DNA of 64,000 bases from Candidatus Iainarchaeum sp. (GCA_016187745.1 JACPJC010000001.1:55977-119976); one strand, 5' to 3'; positions 39,965 through 50,785 are shown, counted from the first letter of the stretch. Translations and numbers: made by a program. The notes: generated by a model not told the origin, from the letters alone.

Positions 39965-40080
39965 TTTTCTCCAGTTAATAGTGCTGATGAACTAGTTTAA
40001 AATAGTTGCGCAGAATTTGGGAAAATCGCCAGCGGGCAAATTCCAAAAATATATAAACTTCCTTGCACTATTATCTCCTT

Positions 40081-40998
40081 ATGGCTTTTGATATCCGCAG
40101 GCTTGAGGGCGTTATGGTTCCCTTGGTTACTCCGCTGGATGAGAAGGAGGAGCTCGATGGGAAGGCGCTTGAGGCGCTTATTGAGCACGTTACGGAAGCG
40201 AAGGTGCATTCTCTCTTTGTTCTTGGGAATACAGGGGAATTTGCCTCTCTTACAGGCGATGTGAAGGAAGCGATGATGCGCAAGGTGAAGGAAATTGTTG
40301 ATGGGAAAATGCCTGTGTTTGTGAATGTTTCCGATGTCAGCACAAAGCGCGCAATAAAGGGCGCAAAAATCGCGGAAAGCATCGGCTGCAATGCAATAGT
40401 TGTCTGCCCCCCGTATTTTTACCATCTTACCCAGGATTCGCTCATTGAGCACTATGAAAGGATTGCGCAGGCGGTAAGCCTGCCTGTTGTGCTTTACAAT
40501 ATCCCGCAGTATATAATTTCTGAACTGAATGTTGAAACAGTGAAAAAGCTCGCAAAGGACAGGCGCATAATAGGGATAAAGGACGCTTCGGGAAACACTT
40601 CCTATATTGAAAACCTTGCAATTTATTTCAGGAACGCGCCCTTCAGGATTTACCAGGGGGATGAAAGGAATATTGAGGCGGCGCTGATGACAGGCGCAAA
40701 CGGATTCTCGGCAAGCCTTTCAAATTTATATCCGCAGCTGTTCGTTGATTTATGGGATGCGTTCGGGGAAGATGACGGATTGAAAGTTCACAAGCTGCAG
40801 GAAACCATACGCTCATTCGGGAATATTTATGGCATAACGCGGAACAAGATTCAGGCAGGATTGAAATATGCGCTCAGCTTGAAAGGGATTTGCAAGCCGG
40901 CTGTTTCAGAACCCCTGCCGGAGCTTGACAAATTCGAGAAATTCGAGATTGAGCGCATTATGCAGCAGTATGACATAAGGTGCAAGCACACGAAATGA
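40081..40998 (+). CDS. dihydrodipicolinate synthase/KDG-aldolase family lyase
   Basis: VTP, GNTGEF, LYNIP, GIKDAS Schiff-base lysine. Confidence 0.88.
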   Translation: MAFDIRRLEGVMVPLVTPLDEKEELDGKALEALIEHVTEAKVHSLFVLGNTGEFASLTGDVKEAMMRKVKEIVDGKMPVFVNVSDVSTKRAIKGAKIAESIGCNAIVVCPPYFYHLTQDSLIEHYERIAQAVSLPVVLYNIPQYIISELNVETVKKLAKDRRIIGIKDASGNTSYIENLAIYFRNAPFRIYQGDERNIEAALMTGANGFSASLSNLYPQLFVDLWDAFGEDDGLKVHKLQETIRSFGNIYGITRNKIQAGLKYALSLKGICKPAVSEPLPELDKFEKFEIERIMQQYDIRCKHTK

Positions 40999-41081
40999 AT
41001 TGCTCCGCAATTCACTTTCCAAACCAAAGCGCTTACAAAAAGCCTATAAACAATTATAAACTTCAAAGAGCATATTCTCAT

Positions 41082-41939
41082 ATGGCAAAACTTAGGCGTC
41101 CAAAACCAAGGCAAAAAGAACTCTTGTTACCCTTCAAAATTTCCGAAAAAACAAAGCTCTTTCTCCCTAGGTCTATTGGAGAGCGGATGTTTGCTGATGT
41201 TGAATATATCAAACAGCATCATGTTGATTATCAGCCGCTTACAACCCCTTCAGGAATCAAGCTTACAGGGCCATCTGTTCTTGGAAAAATAATAAGCCTT
41301 ATGGAGAGATATACCAGAAAAACCAATTTTTTTCTCAAAGAAGCAAATGAGCACGAATTGAAATTCACGCAGCAAATAAATGAGCATTTGCACAAGAAGG
41401 GACTGCCTGTGGAATCCTTTCTTGAGATATACAACGAAAAAGGCAGGCATTTGATGCTGGTTGAAAAGAAGGGGGTTTCCCTGTTCTCTATAAGTGAACA
41501 GAGGCCATTAACTGAAAATGAGATTAGAGGCTGGTTTCATGTATTGGGCGTTTTGAATTCCCTGGGAATTGCTCATAACCATCCTCACCTGAATAATTTC
41601 TTCAGAGTGAAAAATCAAACAGGCGTATTTGACTTCAAGCTTGCAAAAGCAAAAAACATAGATTGGAAAAACTTGTCCGAAATTATCAACTTTTTTTCTG
41701 AAGACCATACGCAAATAATAAACATATTTCTGAGGCATGCAATTAGAAATCCAGAAATTTTGCAAAAAGTCAAGGAAAGAAAAGCGGATGATATATTAAT
41801 TGAACTTCTAAATCCCTTACCTATTGATCCAGAATCAAAAAACACCATATTGAGGCAGATGAACACCTTTTTGTATAATGTATTAATCCCGAACTTGAGG
41901 GAGGCAGGATATCTCAGGTATAAGGGTATTGAACTATGA
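41082..41939 (+). CDS. atypical protein-kinase-like (Kdo/Bud32/RIO-like) protein
   Basis: FFLKE, L.VLNSLGIAHNHPHLNNF, VFDFKLA; ATG ~20 nt after TTATAAAC. Confidence 0.6.
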   Translation: MAKLRRPKPRQKELLLPFKISEKTKLFLPRSIGERMFADVEYIKQHHVDYQPLTTPSGIKLTGPSVLGKIISLMERYTRKTNFFLKEANEHELKFTQQINEHLHKKGLPVESFLEIYNEKGRHLMLVEKKGVSLFSISEQRPLTENEIRGWFHVLGVLNSLGIAHNHPHLNNFFRVKNQTGVFDFKLAKAKNIDWKNLSEIINFFSEDHTQIINIFLRHAIRNPEILQKVKERKADDILIELLNPLPIDPESKNTILRQMNTFLYNVLIPNLREAGYLRYKGIEL

Positions 41940-41986
41940 GTGCAGCCAAATTGCGCAAATCATTTAAATAACCTTGTTCTATTTCT

Positions 41987-43225
41987 ATGCAAATGGCTGG
42001 AAGCAAAATCCTCAGAATAAGCGCAAGGCAGGTTTTTGACTCGCGCGGAAATCCAACTGTGGAAGCAATTGTGCAAACCTCAGGAGGTATATTCACTGCA
42101 ATTGCTCCCGGCGGTGCAAGCACTGGGAAATATGAGGCGCTTGAGCTCCGCGACAGGGGCAGGGAATTCCTGGGATTGGGCGTGCAGAAGGCGATAGCCA
42201 ATGTGAATGGGCCAATTGCAAAAAAATTAAAAGGAAAGGATTGCGCAAAACAAAAGGAAATTGATTCCGCGCTTATTGGGATTGATGGAACGGCAAACAA
42301 ATCAAGATTGGGGGCGAATGCGCTTCTGCCTGTTTCTATTGCGTGCTGCAAGGCGGCGGCTTCTTCTGAGGGGAGGCCTCTGCACAAATACATTTCAAAA
42401 ATTGCAAAAACTAGGCCCAAACTGCCCGCTCCGCTGATTAATGTCATAAACGGGGGAAAGCACGCGGGGGATTTCCTCGATTTCCAGGAATACATGTTTG
42501 TGCCCTTTGCAGGCAAATTTTCAGAAAGGCTCAGGATGGGAGTTGAGATATTTCATGAGCTGGAAAGGGAGATACAGCAGCGCTATGGCAGAAACACAAC
42601 AAATGTAGGGGATGAGGGGGGATTTGCGCCCCCGATAAAGCCTGCGGGAAAGCCCTTTGAGCTGATTGAAAATTCAGCAAAAAAGCTTGGCTATGGGGGA
42701 AAGATAAAACTAGCGCTTGATGCCGCTGCAAATTCATTCTGGAGGCAGGGCTATTATGCGCTGGAGCAGAGGCGCTACTCGCCGAATGCGCTGCTCGCAT
42801 ATTATGAGAAAATGGCAAATGAATTTTCATTATTCTCAATTGAAGACCCCTTCCATGAGAATGCCTGGGGAGAATTTGCCGCCCTTACAGAATCAATAGG
42901 CAGGAAAACTCTTGTTGTGGGGGATGATTTGCTCGTTACAAATCCAGCGCGCATAAAGAAGGCAATTGAACTGAAGGCGTGCAATGCATTGCTGCTCAAG
43001 CCCAATCAAATTGGCACAATTTCAGAAGCAATAGAAGCAGCAAAAATCGCAGGCAAGGCAGGATGGAAGGTTATTGTTTCGCACAGGAGCGGGGAAACTG
43101 AGGACTCGTTCATTGCTGATTTTGCTGTCGGATTGGGAACAGGCTACTGCAAGTTCGGGGGCTTGAGCAGAAGCGAGCGCCTTAGCAAATACAACCAATT
43201 GCTGCGCATTTCCGAGAAATTATAA
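41987..43225 (+). CDS. eno: enolase
   Basis: DSRGNPTVE, GASTG.YEA, GDEGGFAP, VGDDL, LLK.NQIG, SHRSGET. Confidence 0.96.
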   Translation: MQMAGSKILRISARQVFDSRGNPTVEAIVQTSGGIFTAIAPGGASTGKYEALELRDRGREFLGLGVQKAIANVNGPIAKKLKGKDCAKQKEIDSALIGIDGTANKSRLGANALLPVSIACCKAAASSEGRPLHKYISKIAKTRPKLPAPLINVINGGKHAGDFLDFQEYMFVPFAGKFSERLRMGVEIFHELEREIQQRYGRNTTNVGDEGGFAPPIKPAGKPFELIENSAKKLGYGGKIKLALDAAANSFWRQGYYALEQRRYSPNALLAYYEKMANEFSLFSIEDPFHENAWGEFAALTESIGRKTLVVGDDLLVTNPARIKKAIELKACNALLLKPNQIGTISEAIEAAKIAGKAGWKVIVSHRSGETEDSFIADFAVGLGTGYCKFGGLSRSERLSKYNQLLRISEKL

Positions 43226-44266
43226 TTCAATCAGTTCCTTAGGGGCTTTTGTAATGCGCCCACAATTCCCTTTTTTAACAATCACATCATCCTCAAGCCT
43301 TATGCCGAATTTTTTCGGAATGTAGATTGCGGGCTCTATTGCAAGCACGTTATTTGATTTAAGCAAATCTTTTGCTTTAATGCCCAGTGATGGGAAATCA
43401 TGCGCCTCTATCCCTATGCCATGCCCTATCGCATGCGGCATTTTCCTGCCAAGTTCCTTTTCAGCTACTTTATAAAGCGCAGAGGGGTTTGCATTTTGTT
43501 TAATTGATGAAATTGCACAATCAAGGGCACTTTTAACTTTTGCATAAATTTCTTTCTGTGCTTCGCTTGCCCTTCCAATCGCATAGCAGCGCGTAATGTC
43601 AGAGCAGTAATTCTGATAGGAGACTCCGACGTCCATCAGCAGCAAATCCCCGCGCCTCAGTTTTCTGCTTCCGGGAACATGGTGCGGAACCGCTGAATTT
43701 TCCCCAAATGCGACAACGGAGGGATAGGCCTCAAGGCAGTTGTGCATTATCATTTGCTTATTGATTTCATTTAATATTTCAATTTCACTTATTCCCGCCT
43801 TCACAAAATTTTCAATGTGCCTGTAAATTCCAAGCGTTATTTTGCACGCTTCCTTTATCTTCTTTATTTCGGAAGTGCCTTTAACCGCGCGAATTTTTCC
43901 CAATCCCTGCGAAATATCAATGAATTTTTTGTTTTTTAATATTTTTTTGAGCGCAAGGAAATTTGAATGAGGATAGGATGCAAAATTGACCCCTATGCGC
44001 TTTCCGCCCAGATATTTTTTGAGAAGCGCGTGCAGCTCCTTCTCCGAGGAGAACCTTTTCTGTATAATGCTGCCGCTGTGCTTTAGGGCATCATCAAACT
44101 TGGATGCAAGCAGGATTTTCTTCCCGCTTTTCTGCACTGTTAAAAAATCAGAGTTGAAGTGCAGTTTAGGGAGCTGCGAGAAATAATAAAAATTCGCATC
44201 TGCGCAGTTCTCGGAATTCCTGAAAAGCATGCAGTCAACCTTGCCGAAAACTTCCGAAAGGGGCAT
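43220..44266 (-). CDS. Xaa-Pro aminopeptidase (M24B)
   Basis: PHH, D.G...Y.SDITR, H..GHGIG, EPAIY, G.R.EDD. Confidence 0.9.
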   Translation of the reverse strand: MPLSEVFGKVDCMLFRNSENCADANFYYFSQLPKLHFNSDFLTVQKSGKKILLASKFDDALKHSGSIIQKRFSSEKELHALLKKYLGGKRIGVNFASYPHSNFLALKKILKNKKFIDISQGLGKIRAVKGTSEIKKIKEACKITLGIYRHIENFVKAGISEIEILNEINKQMIMHNCLEAYPSVVAFGENSAVPHHVPGSRKLRRGDLLLMDVGVSYQNYCSDITRCYAIGRASEAQKEIYAKVKSALDCAISSIKQNANPSALYKVAEKELGRKMPHAIGHGIGIEAHDFPSLGIKAKDLLKSNNVLAIEPAIYIPKKFGIRLEDDVIVKKGNCGRITKAPKELIEL

Positions 44267-44275
44267 GCATTCCCT

Positions 44276-45235
44276 TCATTTCCTTCTTATGCGCCTGAAG
44301 CCTGAGCAGGGGATAACTTCCAGCTTCCCCTTCTTCTCAATCTTGTCGAGCAGCAGATTCAGGCCAAGCGTATCAGAGGCGATATGGGTCGCTACAACAA
44401 CATTTATATTCGCCTTCTCCGCCTCTTTCTTTATGTCCTCTGAAATGTGCATTTCAACCATCGTGCCTACCCCATTATTTGAGAGCTTCTCGTAAATTTC
44501 CTTAGCAGGCTCTGTGCCTCCGGTCATATTTACAAATATTTTTCCAGCCTTTTTTTCAGGGGAGCCCACAAAGATTTTCGGCCCCGTGCTATGCTTTATT
44601 GCCCCCTTGTATTCCGGAATTTCATTCAACAGCTTCACAATCTCCCCAAGCGTTTCGGGCTTCTTCCTGTCAAAAAGATTCTGCAGGTAGGATTCCACAT
44701 GGTTGTCTGCCACAGTATGGAAGCACGCAAATGGAATTCCAAGCAATTTTGCCGCATCCTCGCTGCGCGTGTGGTTTATGGGTGCAACGCCCCTTTCAAC
44801 TTCCCCAATGCGCTTTGCCATCAGGCCCTCGGCAATGTTTATTGGCACTCCGAATTTCTGGAAAATATCCTCCTGCATCTTCATTACGCTGTAAAGTCCC
44901 GCAAGCGCCCTTCCCTCGGGATGGTGCGCCAGGACAAGGTCAATCTTGCCCTTGCCCTTCTGATTTAGAATATGCGCCAAGAGCATTTCCCCGACTTCCA
45001 TGTCAATTCCGGCAAGTATGCGCTTCACATTTTCATTGCCGTTTCCATTAAGAATGCGCGTGTCCGCATAGGGATTGCGCAAAGATTCCTTATCAAAATC
45101 TTCCTTCTCATCTTTCTTCAGCTCATCATAGCATTTCTTAGCCTTTTTCAGCTCCGCCTCAACGGCCTTCCTTCCGCGCGGGTCGGCATCAATCCCGCAC
45201 TGCACTGCAAGCTCATAAATCTGCCTCAATTTCAT
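44276..45235 (-). CDS. NIF3 (NGG1p-interacting factor)-like dinuclear metal protein
   Basis: NPY.D.R, GID, HHP, HT.ADN, EMH, HIASD. Confidence 0.8.
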   Translation of the reverse strand: MKLRQIYELAVQCGIDADPRGRKAVEAELKKAKKCYDELKKDEKEDFDKESLRNPYADTRILNGNGNENVKRILAGIDMEVGEMLLAHILNQKGKGKIDLVLAHHPEGRALAGLYSVMKMQEDIFQKFGVPINIAEGLMAKRIGEVERGVAPINHTRSEDAAKLLGIPFACFHTVADNHVESYLQNLFDRKKPETLGEIVKLLNEIPEYKGAIKHSTGPKIFVGSPEKKAGKIFVNMTGGTEPAKEIYEKLSNNGVGTMVEMHISEDIKKEAEKANINVVVATHIASDTLGLNLLLDKIEKKGKLEVIPCSGFRRIRRK

Positions 45236-45320
45236 CGTTCCACTCCTTTCTGTTATTTCAAGTGCATATTTTAAGGACATTCTCCTTATTAAATTTTATT
45301 ATTAATGAGTTATAGTTCTA

Positions 45321-46390
45321 ATGTGGGAAAAAATGCTTTCAAAAAACGAGGCAATGGCGAAATTCAGGGCTTTTGTTTCGGGAATTTCAGCGGGGGACAG
45401 GGTTGCGGTCCTGCATCATACTGATGCCGATGGAGTGTGCTCAGGCGTAATTGCGGCAAAGGCGCTGGAAAAAATTATCGGGAAGCGCATAGGGCTGCGC
45501 CTTACGCAGAACTACGGGGAATTCGCGGTAACGCAGAAAACAGCAAAAATGCTCAGGCGCGCGGGCATCAATAAAGTCGTAACTGCTGACCTGTCAGTTG
45601 ATGAAAATCCGAAGCACATAAAAGAGATTGAGGAATTTGCGGAACTGCTCATAATTGACCACCACAAGATTTATGAGGATTTGAATTCGCGCAAAACCGC
45701 CTTCATAAAGGCGCAGTTCATTTCCAGGGAAATAGAGCCGGGGAACTACCCCGCAAGCAAGCTCTGCTATGACTTGTTCTCAATGTTTGTGGATTTGAGT
45801 GATATTGACTGGATTGCCGCCTGCGGAATTTTGACAAAAAATACGGATTGCACGCAGGGAAAAGCGCATATGACTCTGATTTGGGCACAATAGGGGATTA
45901 CATAAATGCGATTGAGTCCGTTGACATGAAAAAGCTCGGGAGGGTTTTTGAAATCCTTTACAATGCCAAAAGCCCGAAAGAGGTTCTTGGGAACAAATGG
46001 ATGAAAGGGCAGAATGAGATTATCAGGAAGGAAGTGAAGCGCCTGTATGATGCTTCCGCGGAAAAATCCGAATCTTATGCCAGGCAGAATATGGTTTTTT
46101 ATTCCATAAGGCCGAAAATCAATGTGAAGAGCATCCTGATAAACAAAATGAGCAGGGGGAAATTCCCTGATAAAACGCTCATTGTCGCGCTTGATTCCGG
46201 AAAGGAAGCCATAACTTTCAGCGCGCGAAACCAATCCGGGAAAGTCGCGGTAAATGACCTGCTTGAGGAAAGCGTAAAGGGCTTCAGGAACGCAAGCGCA
46301 GGGGGGCATAAAAAGGCAGCCGCAGGGAGGGTAATGCGCGCCGATTTTGCAAAATGGAAGAAGAAACTGCTTGAAATTGCAGGCAAATGA
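45321..46390 (+). pseudogene. DHH/DHHA1 phosphoesterase (RecJ/NrnA-like), split by frameshift near 45830
   Basis: ORF1 has HHTDADG, TAD, IDHH; ORF2 has SAR, GGHKKAAAG. The frames overlap at 45827-45893. Confidence 0.75.
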
Positions 46391-46420
46391 GTTTTTATTT
46401 CTTTTTGCAGAGCAATATTT

Positions 46421-47914
46421 ATGTCGGCAAATATGCTGCCTGAAAGAATTGCAAGCACAAGGCATGAAAGGGCGCTCACCTTTGATGATGTTTTACTGGT
46501 TCCTGCTTATTCTGAAGTTCTCCCCCCGGAGGTTGATGTGCGCACAAAATTAAGCAAAGGCATCAGCCTGAACATTCCCATTATTTCCGCGCCCATGGAC
46601 ACTGTAACGGAAAGCGCATTGGCAATAGCGCTTGCGCAGCAGGGAGGATTGGGAATAATCCACAGGAATCTTGGCATTGAAGTGCAGGTAAATGAGGTAA
46701 GAAGGGTAAAGCGCGCTGAATACTGGATAGTAACGGATGCAATTACAATCTCTCCAAATGAAAGGGTCGGAAAGGCCAAGGAGCTGATGCAGAAGAACAA
46801 CATAGGGGGCTTTCCGGTAATTGAAAATGGAAGGCTTGTCGGCATTGTTACAAACAGGGATTTGCTTTTTGAGGACAATCCGGAAAGGAAAGTTCTGGAA
46901 ATAATGAGCACTGATCTTATAACTACCGACAGGATGATAGGCATTGATGAGGCAAAGAAGATCCTGCATGAGAACAGGATAGAAAAACTGCCGATTGTTG
47001 ATGCCGAAGGCAGATTCAAAGGCCTTATTACTGTTAAGGACATTGAAAAGCGCGAGCGCTATCCTAATGCGGCAAGGGATGCACAGGGCAGGCTTATTGC
47101 AGGGGCGGATGTCGGCCCAAAAGACTTTGAGAGGATAAGGGCGCTTGCCGATGCGGAGGTTGATGCAATTGTTATTGGGACCGCGCACGGGCACAGCAAA
47201 AATGTTATTGAATGCACAAAATACATAAAGAAAGAGTATCCGCAAATCGCGCTTATTGCCGGCAACATTGCAACAGGGGAAGGCGCCGAAGCGCTGATTT
47301 CCGCAGGGGCTGATGCATTGAGGGTGGGAATAGGCCCGGGGAGCATATGCACAACGCGCATAATTGCGGGGGTCGGGGTGCCGCAGATAACCGCGATAAA
47401 TGAATGCGCTGAAATTGCGGACAAGCACGGCGTTTGTGTAATTGGCGACGGGGGGATTAGAAGTTCGGGGGACATTGCAAAGGCAATAGCCGCAGGCGCC
47501 TCATGCGTAATGCTTGGAAATATGCTTGCGGGCACCGAAGAAACCCCGGGAAGGACAACGCTCATTAATGGAAGGAAATACAAGCAGTACAGGGGAATGG
47601 GTTCCCTTGGCGCAATGGCAGAAGGCGGCAAGGCAAGATATGGCCAGTCGCACATACAGGAATCAAGCAAGCTTGTTCCCGAGGGAGTTGAGGGGCTGGT
47701 TCCTTACCGTGGAACCCTTGAAGAAATAATCTACCAACTGATTGGCGGCCTGCGCTCCTCAATGGGCTATGTGGGCGCGAAAAGCATTGAAGAGATGCGC
47801 AGCAAGCCGAAATTCCTCAAAATAACAAAGGCAGGCGTTGTTGAAAGCCATCCGCATGACATAATAATAACCGATGAAACCCCGAATTACCCTGCCGAAA
47901 CAAAACCTATTTAA
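46421..47914 (+). CDS. guaB: IMP dehydrogenase with CBS pair
   Basis: LTFDDVLL, SAPMDTVTE, GIGPGSICTTR, DGGIR, YRGMGS, EGVEG. Confidence 0.96.
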   Translation: MSANMLPERIASTRHERALTFDDVLLVPAYSEVLPPEVDVRTKLSKGISLNIPIISAPMDTVTESALAIALAQQGGLGIIHRNLGIEVQVNEVRRVKRAEYWIVTDAITISPNERVGKAKELMQKNNIGGFPVIENGRLVGIVTNRDLLFEDNPERKVLEIMSTDLITTDRMIGIDEAKKILHENRIEKLPIVDAEGRFKGLITVKDIEKRERYPNAARDAQGRLIAGADVGPKDFERIRALADAEVDAIVIGTAHGHSKNVIECTKYIKKEYPQIALIAGNIATGEGAEALISAGADALRVGIGPGSICTTRIIAGVGVPQITAINECAEIADKHGVCVIGDGGIRSSGDIAKAIAAGASCVMLGNMLAGTEETPGRTTLINGRKYKQYRGMGSLGAMAEGGKARYGQSHIQESSKLVPEGVEGLVPYRGTLEEIIYQLIGGLRSSMGYVGAKSIEEMRSKPKFLKITKAGVVESHPHDIIITDETPNYPAETKPI

Positions 47915-47940
47915 TGCAATTCTCCCTTATTATTCCGGGT

Positions 47941-49503
47941 GTGGGGTTGGGGGAAGCAAAGGAAGAATGTGGAATTGCAGCAGTGCATCTGCGCAGGGAA
48001 CTGAAGCATTATCCCTCAGGCGGCGCTGCCTATTATTTGTGCAAAATGCTCCTTCAGCAGCAGAACCGCGGGCAATTGAGCGCGGGCATTACAACCTACA
48101 ATGCGCAGAGGCAGCAGATTATTGATACCTACGCCGATTTGGGGACAGTATATGAAGCCTTCAGGATTTCCCATCCCGCAAAGCACAAATCGATAATGGA
48201 GCGCTATTCCGGAACAAAAGGAATCGGCCATGTGAGATACGCAACCTCGGGATGCAATGACAGGAGCTATGCCCAGCCATTTGAAAGGCACCACGGAAGG
48301 AAATGGAAATGGTTTGCATTTGCATTCAATGGGAATTTGGCGAATTATTCCGAGCTGAAGCAGAAATTAATTGCAGACGATTACCACTTGGTTAGGGATA
48401 CGGATACTGAGGTGATGATGCATTTCATGTCAAAGGCTTTGGTTGGCGATAAAAGGCCGGATATTGCAAATGTTTTCTCTTCGCTTTCAGGGCAGTTTGA
48501 CGGCGCATACAATGTCGCGTTTATTGATGCTGAAGGCAATTTGATAATTGCGCGCGACCCCATAGGATTCAAGCCGCTGTGCTATGGAAACGATGAGAAT
48601 GTGATGCTTGCGGCTTCTGAAAGCGCAGCACTTACAAATTTGGATGTAAATAAAATAGAATTCCCGGAGCCCGGGGAAATGCTGATTGCAGGCAATGGGG
48701 ACATTGAAAAAAAAAGGTTTGCGCAATGCAAAAGGAAAGCCCACTGCATGTTTGAATGGGTCTATTTTGCGAACGTTTCTTCAATAATTGACAGCAGGAG
48801 CGTTTATGAGGTGCGCTGGAATTTGGGGAAGGAACTGGCAAAGATTGAAACCGAAAAGCCGGGCGCGGAGCATGTTATAGTTCCTGTTCCGGACACTTCA
48901 AAGCCTGTTGCTGATGCGCTTTCGTATGAGCTGGGGATTCCTGCAAAGGAGGGGCTGATCCGCAACAGGTATGTCGGAAGGACATTCATTGAAAGTTCCG
49001 ACCGCCTTGAGAAGGTAAAGGACAAATTCACCCTTAACAGGCCAGTCATTTCAGGGAAAAAAGTGATTTTAGTTGAGGACAGCATTGTCCGCGGAACAAC
49101 AATCAAGACATTAGTGCAGTACATAAAGAAGAGCGGAAATGCGAAGGAAGTTCATGTGAGGGTCGCATGCCCGCCAATAAAATACCCCTGCTTCTATGGC
49201 ATAGATATGTCAACGCTTTCAGAGCTGATTGCCCCAAGGCACATGAAAGCGAGCATTACAGAGCAATACAGCGGAGTTTCAGAAAAAATCTCAGAGGGAA
49301 TAGCAAAGGAAATCGGGGCAGATTCGCTGATTTACCAGACATATGGCGGCCTTGCAAGGGCGATAGGCTTTGAGAATGGCGCAAAGAGCCTTTGCACCGC
49401 CTGCCTGAATGCGGATTACCCAACAGAATGGGGGCATAAGCTGCTTGAAAAGGCGCAGCAGAATTTTGAGAAGCGCAAAGAAAAGAGAACATATGAGTGC
49501 TAA
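47941..49503 (+). CDS. purF: amidophosphoribosyltransferase
   Basis: Propeptide ..KEE|CG, GHVRYAT, C.FEWVYF, VEDSIVRGTT, CFYGID, C.AC. Exact start uncertain (47914, 47941 or 47947). Confidence 0.95.
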   Translation: MGLGEAKEECGIAAVHLRRELKHYPSGGAAYYLCKMLLQQQNRGQLSAGITTYNAQRQQIIDTYADLGTVYEAFRISHPAKHKSIMERYSGTKGIGHVRYATSGCNDRSYAQPFERHHGRKWKWFAFAFNGNLANYSELKQKLIADDYHLVRDTDTEVMMHFMSKALVGDKRPDIANVFSSLSGQFDGAYNVAFIDAEGNLIIARDPIGFKPLCYGNDENVMLAASESAALTNLDVNKIEFPEPGEMLIAGNGDIEKKRFAQCKRKAHCMFEWVYFANVSSIIDSRSVYEVRWNLGKELAKIETEKPGAEHVIVPVPDTSKPVADALSYELGIPAKEGLIRNRYVGRTFIESSDRLEKVKDKFTLNRPVISGKKVILVEDSIVRGTTIKTLVQYIKKSGNAKEVHVRVACPPIKYPCFYGIDMSTLSELIAPRHMKASITEQYSGVSEKISEGIAKEIGADSLIYQTYGGLARAIGFENGAKSLCTACLNADYPTEWGHKLLEKAQQNFEKRKEKRTYEC

Positions 49504-50782
49504 GCAAAGCATACTGGTTGTGGGCTCAGGCGCAAGGGAACATGCAATCGCATGGAAATTAGCGCAGTGCACGAGCATAAAAAAAATTTACTGCGCCCAG
49601 GGGAATGCAGGCATCTCGCAGCAGGCTGAATGCATTGACATTTCCGCAGAAAACATTGATGCGCTTGCGGAATTTGCAGAAAGGGAAGCGATTGACCTGA
49701 CTGTTGTGGGGCCCGAAATTCCGCTTTCAAAGGGAATTGTAAATCACTTCCGGAAGCAGAATCTGCGCATTTTCGGCCCAGAAAAGGCTGCAGCGCAGAT
49801 AGAGGGAAGCAAGATATTTGCAAAGGGGCTGATGCAAAAATACAAAATCCCGACTGCGGAATGCGCGGTATTTGATGATGCGGAAGACGCAAAAGAATAT
49901 GCAGCGCAGCAGGAAATGCCTATTGTTGTAAAGGCTGACGGGCTTGCCGCAGGGAAAGGAGTAATAATATGCAATAATGCGCAGGAAGCTGAAAATGCAA
50001 TAGATAAAATAATGGTCGAGAAGGCATTCGGCGATTCCGGCAATAAAATTATTATTGAAGAATTCCTGCAGGGGGAGGAGGCAAGCATACTTGCATTCTC
50101 CGACGGCAAAAACATAATTCCAATGGTCCCAAGCCAGGACCACAAGCGTGTGTATGACAATGATTTGGGCGCAAACACTGGCGGAATGGGCGCCTATGCC
50201 CCTGCGCCAATAATAACGCAGGAACTGCAGGATGAGATTGCAGAAACAATTCTGCAGCCAACAATAGATGCGATGCGCTCTGAAGGAACTGAATATAGGG
50301 GAATTTTATATGCGGGAATTATGCTCTGCAATAACAGGCCAAAAGTGCTTGAATTCAATGCGCGTTTTGGGGATCCAGAAACCCAGGCAGTCCTGCCGCT
50401 GATGCGGAGCGATTTGCTTGATGCGATAGATGCATGCATTGATGGGAATTTGCACAGCGCCGGAATCAAGTTTTCAGAAGGCGCAGCATGCTGCGTTGTC
50501 CTTGCTTCCGGGGGTTATCCCGAAGCGTATGAGAAAGGAAAAGTGATTTCAGGCCTGGAAGCTGCGCAAAAAATTCCGGATGCCGCGGTTTTCCACGCAG
50601 GCACAAAATTCAATGAACAAAATGAAACAATAACAAACGGAGGCAGGGTGCTTGGGGTAACTGGCTTCGGTGCAGGCATAAAAAGCGCAATTGACAACGC
50701 TTACGCAGCAGTTTCAAAAATTTCATTTGAAAAAATGCATTTCAGGAGGGACATCGGCTACAGGGCGCTGCAGAGGTTATGA
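49493..50782 (+). CDS. purD: phosphoribosylamine-glycine ligase
   Basis: GSGAREHA, VGPE, KADGLAAGKGV, NTGGMG, RFGDPE, GGRVL. Confidence 0.97.
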   Translation: MSAKQSILVVGSGAREHAIAWKLAQCTSIKKIYCAQGNAGISQQAECIDISAENIDALAEFAEREAIDLTVVGPEIPLSKGIVNHFRKQNLRIFGPEKAAAQIEGSKIFAKGLMQKYKIPTAECAVFDDAEDAKEYAAQQEMPIVVKADGLAAGKGVIICNNAQEAENAIDKIMVEKAFGDSGNKIIIEEFLQGEEASILAFSDGKNIIPMVPSQDHKRVYDNDLGANTGGMGAYAPAPIITQELQDEIAETILQPTIDAMRSEGTEYRGILYAGIMLCNNRPKVLEFNARFGDPETQAVLPLMRSDLLDAIDACIDGNLHSAGIKFSEGAACCVVLASGGYPEAYEKGKVISGLEAAQKIPDAAVFHAGTKFNEQNETITNGGRVLGVTGFGAGIKSAIDNAYAAVSKISFEKMHFRRDIGYRALQRL

Positions 50783-50785
50783 TGA

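Noticed and set aside
39980-40050. C/D-box sRNA (TGATGA)
   Set aside because: No CTGA D box at a suitable distance; the region is explained by divergent promoters.
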